From a virus (Duplodnaviria; Heunggongvirae; Uroviricota; Caudoviricetes): a stretch of DNA of 12,160 nucleotides. The stretch is from positions 1 through 12,160 of the IMG/VR virus record IMGVR_UViG_2609459803_000002; one strand, written 5' to 3'. The position numbers were made by a program, and so were the translations under genes. The notes under the pieces are model-generated. The model saw nothing but the letters and a program-made list of their open reading frames with translations. It searched no databases and had not been told where the DNA came from. Below, piece by piece: positions 7,753 through 12,160 of the stretch (position 1 is its first letter; each line of letters starts with the position of its first letter).

Positions 7753-8556
7753 TCAATGAACGGTATCGAGCAGCTTTAACAGCTCAGGGAATCGGGATTC
7801 GAAGAAATGCGGCTGCGTCTCACGCGGATTTGCAGGACTGGTGATGTTCTTGCCGAACATGCAGCCTTTCGCCGTCAGCGACCAGAATTTTTTAATGTTG
7901 TTAATTGCGGTACGGCTGTATCGTTCGCGTTGTTCAACGATCCCCAGCTTCGCCATCTGGTGATATGCCTGATTAGCCGTCAGGCGGATACCATACTGCT
8001 TCAGCAGTGCACTCAGCGCCAGCGTCGGGCGGCTTGAGCCATCAGGCGCGTCAGCAGGAGCATCAATGGCATAGCGCGGTGCCAGATTCGGTAAGCCAAC
8101 AGCCTCCTGGAGTTTCTGACAGGCACCAAGCACAGATGAGTTAGACAGGTTTAACTCCCGACGCATAAAGTCCAGCAGAATCACACCAGCCTGCATCTTG
8201 TCAGCAGCCTGCCCGGATAATTTTTCCGGTGCGCTGGTTACCATATCGAAAGTACGGATCACCTTCAGATGGAATGACGGGCTGATCCACATTGCATAGG
8301 CATACACCAGTTCTTTGCAGACATACGTCCCCTGGTTATTTCCGCCACGAATAACGTTAACTGGCTCTATATTGACATTGACCGAGTTGCAAATCTGCAA
8401 CTCGCTTATTAAACGTTCAGTTTGCTCATTGCGGAGCCAGAATGCAGGCTTATGCTTATCCAGAGAACCGGCAGCCCTGTGCAGATCGTTCAGGCTGTAA
8501 CGACCATAAGCATCACGACGAACTTCAATACCATCAATGACCATCAGATTATTCAT
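7753..8556 (-). CDS. KilA-N domain protein (antirepressor-like)
   Basis: N-terminal MNNLMVIDGIEVRRDAYGRYSLNDLHRAAG...KHKPAFWLRNEQTERLISEL resembles the KilA-N DNA-binding domain. Start at ATG 8556 with GAGGAG 9 nt upstream (the ORF track starts at an upstream GTG). Confidence 0.7.
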   Translation of the reverse strand: MNNLMVIDGIEVRRDAYGRYSLNDLHRAAGSLDKHKPAFWLRNEQTERLISELQICNSVNVNIEPVNVIRGGNNQGTYVCKELVYAYAMWISPSFHLKVIRTFDMVTSAPEKLSGQAADKMQAGVILLDFMRRELNLSNSSVLGACQKLQEAVGLPNLAPRYAIDAPADAPDGSSRPTLALSALLKQYGIRLTANQAYHQMAKLGIVEQRERYSRTAINNIKKFWSLTAKGCMFGKNITSPANPRETQPHFFESRFPELLKLLDTVH

Positions 8557-8575
8557 ACTTCGTTTCTCCTCTTGA

Positions 8576-8875
8576 TCAGGCGGCTGCACCCGCCGTTTTC
8601 TCGTACTTACTGATAGTGATCTCGACCTTCCCTTCCGGGATAACCGGTCCCCACTCCACCAGCATTCTTTTCACCTGACTGTCGTCTTCCCACACACCCG
8701 CGTGGGTCAGGGCGTCAAACAGCGCCTTGTTATAGTTGTCCAGATCGCGGATCCGGTTACAGGAAGCGCAATCAGTTGCGAGCGACGGTAGTGTGTTGTT
8801 AAACTGTTCATGCGTTAGTTTCTCCACAGTCACGACACGCCACGGCGCCCGGAGCTGCACACTCGCGGGCGTCAT
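8576..8875 (-). CDS. rusA: RusA-like Holliday junction resolvase
   Basis: RIRDLDNYNKALFDALTHAGVWEDDSQV matches the RusA catalytic-aspartate region (RRDLDN...FDAL...DD). Start taken at the first in-frame ATG (8875); this gives a shorter N-terminus than recalled RusA and overlaps the upstream gene by 68 nt. Confidence 0.6.
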   Translation of the reverse strand: MTPASVQLRAPWRVVTVEKLTHEQFNNTLPSLATDCASCNRIRDLDNYNKALFDALTHAGVWEDDSQVKRMLVEWGPVIPEGKVEITISKYEKTAGAAA

Positions 8876-9404
8876 TACTTTCTGAAATGCAAAAGATTTT
8901 GTAGACCAGTGCTGCATGCTCCTGCAGCTTCGAAATTGAGAGATACAGCTCGTCGTTAATTGCTGTCTTCTCATGCGGTTCCACCACACCGTCTTCGATT
9001 GCCGAACGAATCTGTCTGGAATAACTGCCAATCTGTTCAATGACTTCCAGCAGGCGCTGGTTAATATCGGCGTTGTCCACATCCTCGACGTCAGGAAGAG
9101 ACACAAAGACGCCATTTGCAGACTGCGCCACAGCGTCAGCAATGAAGTGAGTTCCACCAGCACGTTGCAAAATCATTGCCCATCCCAGCGGGAAAATCTG
9201 ATCGCCATCGGCACGAAGGCGGTTAAATAATGCGTTTTCTGTTACATCCAGCCAGTCAGCTGCTTCAGCGTAACCACCCGGCAACGCTGCGATAGTTTTT
9301 CTGACAGCTTTCACGTACCACTCAGGCTGTTTTTCTACTTTCCAGTGATGCTTACCCACGGTTAGCCTCATCGTTCTGTGGTTTCTGTTAATCGATTTAT
9401 CCAT
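8808..9404 (-). CDS. CII-like regulatory protein (phage 186 CII / e14 YmfL type)
   Basis: Central segment YAEAADWLDVTENALFNRLRADGDQIFPLGWAMILQRAGG parallels the helix-turn-helix region recalled for phage 186 CII. Lies directly after cro. Start is ambiguous (ATGs at 9416, 9404, 9371); 9404 overlaps the cro stop as ATGGATAA. Confidence 0.5.
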   Translation of the reverse strand: MDKSINRNHRTMRLTVGKHHWKVEKQPEWYVKAVRKTIAALPGGYAEAADWLDVTENALFNRLRADGDQIFPLGWAMILQRAGGTHFIADAVAQSANGVFVSLPDVEDVDNADINQRLLEVIEQIGSYSRQIRSAIEDGVVEPHEKTAINDELYLSISKLQEHAALVYKIFCISESNDARECAAPGAVACRDCGETNA

Positions 9405-9597
9405 TAGATTTTTCATAAAGCTCAGGTTTAAATGGCAACCGTCCGCAAGTTCTATATGCAGCTTCTGCTGCACGTCCTTTTGGAATTAACTGGCCCGGAC
9501 GGTTTCGCCACTGATAAACGGCTTCAGTTGTTATGCCGAAAAAAGCAGCAACTTTCTCAATACTGCCGAAGTAGCTTTCGATATCGTCAGTTGTCAT
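9397..9597 (-). CDS. Cro-like small helix-turn-helix regulator
   Basis: 66 aa, divergent from the repressor across a 97-bp operator region; GGAGG ribosome-binding site; sequence VAAFFGITTEAVYQWRN is consistent with a helix-turn-helix. Confidence 0.6.
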   Translation of the reverse strand: MTTDDIESYFGSIEKVAAFFGITTEAVYQWRNRPGQLIPKGRAAEAAYRTCGRLPFKPELYEKSNG

Positions 9598-9694
9598 ACG
9601 CCCTCCAAACTAAGTTTTATTAGATGCTAATTACAAATCTATCTTTGGTCAATAAAAACTAAGATTACTTAGCAATTCAAGAAATGGTGCTCCT
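9598..9694. promoter_or_regulatory. Divergent promoter/operator region of the immunity switch
   Basis: Minus-strand promoter candidate TTGACC (9652..9647) -17 nt- TAGCAT (9629..9624) for cro. Operator-like palindromes CTAAG-ATTA-CTTAG (9659-9672) and CTAAG-TTTT-ATTAG (9610-9623) flank it. Confidence 0.5.
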
Positions 9695-10321
9695 ATGGAA
9701 ACGGTTGGTCAGCGTATAAAAGCTCTGAGAAGAGTTACCGGAACGTCCCAGAAAGAATTGGGTAAATTTTGTGGAGTAAGCGACGTTGCTGTGGGGTACT
9801 GGGAGAAAGACATCAATACCCCTGGTGGGGAGGCACTTTCGAAATTAGCGAAGTTCTTCAATACGTCAATAGATTACATTCTTTATGGTGCTGAGTTTGA
9901 AGGCAAACTCGTCACAAACATGCGCAGAGTTCCTGTAATATCGTGGGTTCAGGCTGGGCAGTTTACTGAGTGCAGGGCAGCAGAAGTGTTTAGTGAAGTG
10001 GACAAGTGGGTAGATACATCATTAAAGATTGGTGATAACTCATTTGCATTAGAGGTTAAAGGTGACTCCATGACTAACCCTAATGGCCTCCCAACAATAC
10101 CAGAAGGCGCAACAGTGATTGTAGATCCAGATGCAGAACCTCGTCATGGAAAAATAGTCATCGCTCGACTTGATGGAACAAACGAAGCTACAGTAAAAAA
10201 ATTAGTCATCGATGGCCCTCAAAAGTTTTTAGTGCCATTAAATCCTCGGTATCCCAACATCCCTATCAATGGTAATTGCCTTATCATTGGTGTAGTCAAA
10301 GGAGTTCAATACGAACTCTAA
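9695..10321 (+). CDS. cI-like prophage repressor (N-terminal helix-turn-helix plus C-terminal LexA-like S24 autopeptidase domain)
   Basis: N-terminal QKELGKFCGVSDVAVGYWE helix-turn-helix; Ala-Gly cleavage site in VQAGQF; catalytic Ser in KGDSM and Lys in TVKKL. Confidence 0.9.
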   Translation: METVGQRIKALRRVTGTSQKELGKFCGVSDVAVGYWEKDINTPGGEALSKLAKFFNTSIDYILYGAEFEGKLVTNMRRVPVISWVQAGQFTECRAAEVFSEVDKWVDTSLKIGDNSFALEVKGDSMTNPNGLPTIPEGATVIVDPDAEPRHGKIVIARLDGTNEATVKKLVIDGPQKFLVPLNPRYPNIPINGNCLIIGVVKGVQYEL

Positions 10322-10343
10322 GACCTCTCTTCTCTAACTAAGG

Positions 10344-10376
10344 CACCGAACTAAGAAAAGTTTGGTGTTTTCTCTT
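10344..10376 (+). terminator. Intrinsic terminator downstream of the repressor gene
   Basis: CACCGAACT (10344-10352) pairs with AGTTTGGTG (10359-10367), 9 bp including one G-U, loop AAGAAA, followed by TTTTCTCTT. Confidence 0.5.
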
Positions 10377-10403
10377 GCCATAATAACTAAGTTAAGTTAG
10401 ATT
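10375..10403 (+). promoter_or_regulatory. Sigma70-like promoter candidate with overlapping operator-like palindrome
   Basis: TTGCCA (10375-10380) -17 nt- TAGATT (10398-10403). CTAAG-TTAA-GTTAG (10386-10399) sits in the spacer and resembles the operator motif next to cro. Confidence 0.3.
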
Positions 10404-10527
10404 TTATATCAAAGATAACGAACAGGCAGGACGCCCACGAAGTAGCCGCCTGGGGAATATGAAGTCCAGGATGATTCGTTGAGTCATGTTGTGCCACCAG
10501 GCACTCATGTTAAAGCAGGTGTATGAA

Positions 10528-10803
10528 ATGAAAGTCCAGATTTTAAACAATAACTGTGAAGTCGTTTGGTCATACGACATAGCCGCCCCTGTAGATCAGA
10601 GCGGCGATAGCTGGACCAATGGGAAACATCAGATTATGGCTGGAGTTGTGTTCTCTTTACGCCGTGCTTTGGAACAGGCTGAAGTATTTCCATCAGACCC
10701 TGAATGGAAATGGCCTTTTTCTATTTGTCCAAATTCGGAGAGCACATTTCAGAAAATTGGTCAGAAAGTCGCACTCGAAGAGCATCAGCCAACTGTTTCC
10801 TGA
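10528..10803 (+). CDS. Hypothetical protein (91 aa), first gene outward from the repressor's far side
   Basis: Start at ATG 10528 with AGGTG 8 nt upstream (the ORF track starts at 10486). Not arginine-rich, so not an obvious N-like antiterminator. 3' end overlaps the convergent minus-strand ORF. Confidence 0.4.
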   Translation: MKVQILNNNCEVVWSYDIAAPVDQSGDSWTNGKHQIMAGVVFSLRRALEQAEVFPSDPEWKWPFSICPNSESTFQKIGQKVALEEHQPTVS

Positions 10804-10966
10804 TTTTTTCAGGTAACTCGTCGGCATCGCAGAAACAACAACGCTCGATCATGTTGAAAGCCGATTCGTAGAACTGTTTCTGCTGAGTGTCGCTGAGACA
10901 GGAAAAGAGCGACGTTACGATGATTTTATTAATTGCATTATCAAGTTCTTTTTCATCAAAAGTCAT
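10721..10966 (-). CDS. Hypothetical small protein (81 aa, Cys-containing CCFCDADE segment)
   Basis: AAGGA ribosome-binding site 8 nt upstream of ATG 10966; plausible charged, helical composition; convergent with and overlapping the 3' end of the 10528-10803 ORF by 83 nt. Confidence 0.5.
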   Translation of the reverse strand: MTFDEKELDNAINKIIVTSLFSCLSDTQQKQFYESAFNMIERCCFCDADELPEKIRKQLADALRVRLSDQFSEMCSPNLDK

Positions 10967-11220
10967 TTGATTTTCCTTTTATGTATACGGGCTTAAAAGG
11001 ATACCACCGAGCCTGAAGTGGTGAAAAGACAGGCACATAACAGCTAAGTATTTTCAACCAGAGAGAATCCTTAGCGTTGTGGTGAATGCGGCTCAGCGCA
11101 CGCGGGTTAAGGTTGAGGCTGACAGTCGACCTTCTGTAGATACCCACCCGCCTGGTGTGCAACCTTCGCCAGGCACCGGGAGGCACCCGGCACCACAACT
11201 TTATGCTGTGTGTAGTCCTG

Positions 11221-11267
11221 GCGGTACCAGTTTGTACCCTTGCTTCCGGCTGGTACCGCTCTTTTTA
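11221..11267 (+). terminator. Terminator-like hairpin inside the GC-rich noncoding island
   Basis: GCGGTACCAG (11221-11230) pairs with CTGGTACCGC (11250-11259) around a 19-nt loop, followed by TCTTTTT. Confidence 0.35.
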
Positions 11268-11403
11268 CAAAACAGAGAAGAGCATCACCGGACGACGGGC
11301 TCATAAACCAATCCATCCGGGCGGCTGCCACCGCAGGTGTTCTTCTCTGTTTTGTGGAGAAACTAATCGGCCTTGCAGGGTCGATATGATGAGGAGCAGC
11401 AAA

Positions 11404-11766
11404 ATGGCTAGCGAACGCAGTACTGATGTGCAGGCATTTATCGGGGAGCTGGACGGCGGCGTATTTGAAACCAAAATCGGCGCAGTTCTCAGTGAAGTCG
11501 CTTCCGGTGTGATGAACACGAAAACCAAAGGTAAGGTCTCACTCAACCTGGAAATCGAACCATTTGATGAGAACCGTGTGAAAATCAAACACAAACTCTC
11601 ATATGTTCGCCCGACTAACCGCGGGAAAATTTCCGAAGAAGACACCACCGAAACGCCGATGTATGTCAATCGCGGTGGTCGCCTGACTATTCTGCAGGAA
11701 GACCAGGGACAGTTACTGACTCTTGCCGGTGAACCTGACGGAAAACTCCGCGCAGCAGGTCATTAA
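11404..11766 (+). CDS. Conserved prophage protein of unknown function (120 aa; possibly YfdP-like)
   Basis: Start at ATG 11404 with GAGGAG 7 nt upstream; the ORF-track extension upstream of this is GC-rich junk-like sequence. YfdP resemblance rests on recalled size and neighbour only. Confidence 0.6.
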   Translation: MASERSTDVQAFIGELDGGVFETKIGAVLSEVASGVMNTKTKGKVSLNLEIEPFDENRVKIKHKLSYVRPTNRGKISEEDTTETPMYVNRGGRLTILQEDQGQLLTLAGEPDGKLRAAGH

Positions 11767-11831
11767 TATCGTTCTTAATTAACTGATTATTTATCTCATC
11801 ACTGAATATCTTTATATAGTGAGGACTTATT

Positions 11832-12160
11832 ATGTCTCAGAACTTAGACGCAACCGCAATTAATCAAATCCATGCCCTTATTTCTGCTCAGAGTGTTAAT
11901 GAAATTATCAGTAAGATTGGTGCCGATGCTGTGGCATTGCCTGAGAATTTCCGCATTCATGATCTGGAAAAATTTAATTTAAATCGCTTCCGTTTCCGTG
12001 GTGCGCTTTCCACTGCCAGCATCGATGACTTTACCCGTTATTCTAAAGATCTTGCAGATGAAGGCACCCGCTGCTTTATCGATGCTGATAATATGCGTGC
12101 CGTCAGTGTGCTTAACCTGGGTACTATTGATGAACCAGGTCACGCAGATAACACCGCCAC
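11832..12160 (+). CDS. Conserved prophage protein of unknown function, N-terminal part (possibly YfdQ/DUF2303-like); runs off the window end
   Basis: ATG 11832 with GAGGA 6 nt upstream. Own translation [110 protein letters not shown] has no stop within the window. Not in the ORF track because it is partial. Confidence 0.6.
   Translation, partial: MSQNLDATAINQIHALISAQSVNEIISKIGADAVALPENFRIHDLEKFNLNRFRFRGALSTASIDDFTRYSKDLADEGTRCFIDADNMRAVSVLNLGTIDEPGHADNTA

Larger units (their letters stand above)
1..12160. mobile_element. Segment of a defective lambdoid prophage (immunity, Q, lysis and packaging modules present; morphogenesis and replication modules absent)
   Basis: Contiguous phage-type gene order on the minus strand (cro, CII-like, RusA, KilA-N, DUF968, Q, S, R, Rz/Rz1, HNH, TerS, truncated TerL, tail fiber, tfa) with a divergent cI-like repressor. 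No integrase or att site lies inside the window. Confidence 0.85.

Noticed and set aside
6699-8613. Plus-strand ORFs 6699-7043, 7003-7275, 7406-7663, 7807-8037, 8315-8500, 8422-8613
   Set aside because: All are antisense shadows within the DUF968 and KilA-N genes; translations are Arg/Pro/Ser-rich with no motifs.
8973-9623. Plus-strand ORFs 8973-9230 and 9432-9623
   Set aside because: Antisense to the CII-like and cro genes; no ribosome-binding site.
10528-10803. N-like antiterminator assignment for the first gene outward from the repressor
   Set aside because: Position is analogous to lambda N, but the protein lacks an arginine-rich N-terminal motif, so the assignment is unsupported.
10619-10816. 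Plus-strand ORF of 65 aa in another frame over the convergent-pair overlap
   Set aside because: Third frame across two better-supported ORFs; no start context.
10956-11669. ORFs 10956-11198 (-), 11079-11306 (+), 11107-11331 (-), 11301-11669 (-), and the 5' extension of 11155-11766
   Set aside because: Translations are Pro/Arg/Gly-rich without ribosome-binding sites; they coincide with the GC-rich structured island. Only the 120-aa portion from ATG 11404 is credible.
1-12160. CRISPR array, tRNA gene, integrase or insertion sequence
   Set aside because: No spaced direct repeats of CRISPR type were seen. A scan for the GTTCRA T-loop motif found only imperfect matches (around 4775 and 6318) without acceptor-stem structure. 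No integrase- or transposase-like ORF occurs in the window.

Overview
This window reads as a degraded lambdoid (e14/HK97-like mosaic) prophage of an enterobacterium, with almost all genes on the minus strand, plus two AT-richer cargo insertions that are the main candidates for something new. All calls rest on reading the sequence and recalled family signatures; no database search was run. Reading the minus strand from high to low coordinates: a cI-like repressor (plus strand, 9695-10321) sits divergent from cro, followed by a CII-like regulator, RusA, a KilA-N protein, a DUF968-like protein and a Q antiterminator. Next come a lambda-type lysis cassette (holin, R endolysin, Rz with embedded Rz1), an HNH endonuclease and a P27-family small terminase. 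The large terminase is cut off after its ATPase domain and runs straight into a tail fiber gene and a partial tail fiber assembly gene, so the head and tail genes are missing; no replication module is present either. Cargo 1 lies between Q and the holin on the opposite strand: a ClpP/SppA-fold serine peptidase gene translationally coupled to a 59-codon S/T/N-rich ORF, with a 30-codon ORF upstream. Cargo 2 lies between Rz and the HNH gene: a 252-aa orphan protein with an Rx5H (HEPN-like) motif, bracketed by terminator-like hairpins. Beyond the repressor are a convergent overlapping pair of small ORFs, a GC-rich structured noncoding island, and a conserved pair of unknown-function prophage proteins.
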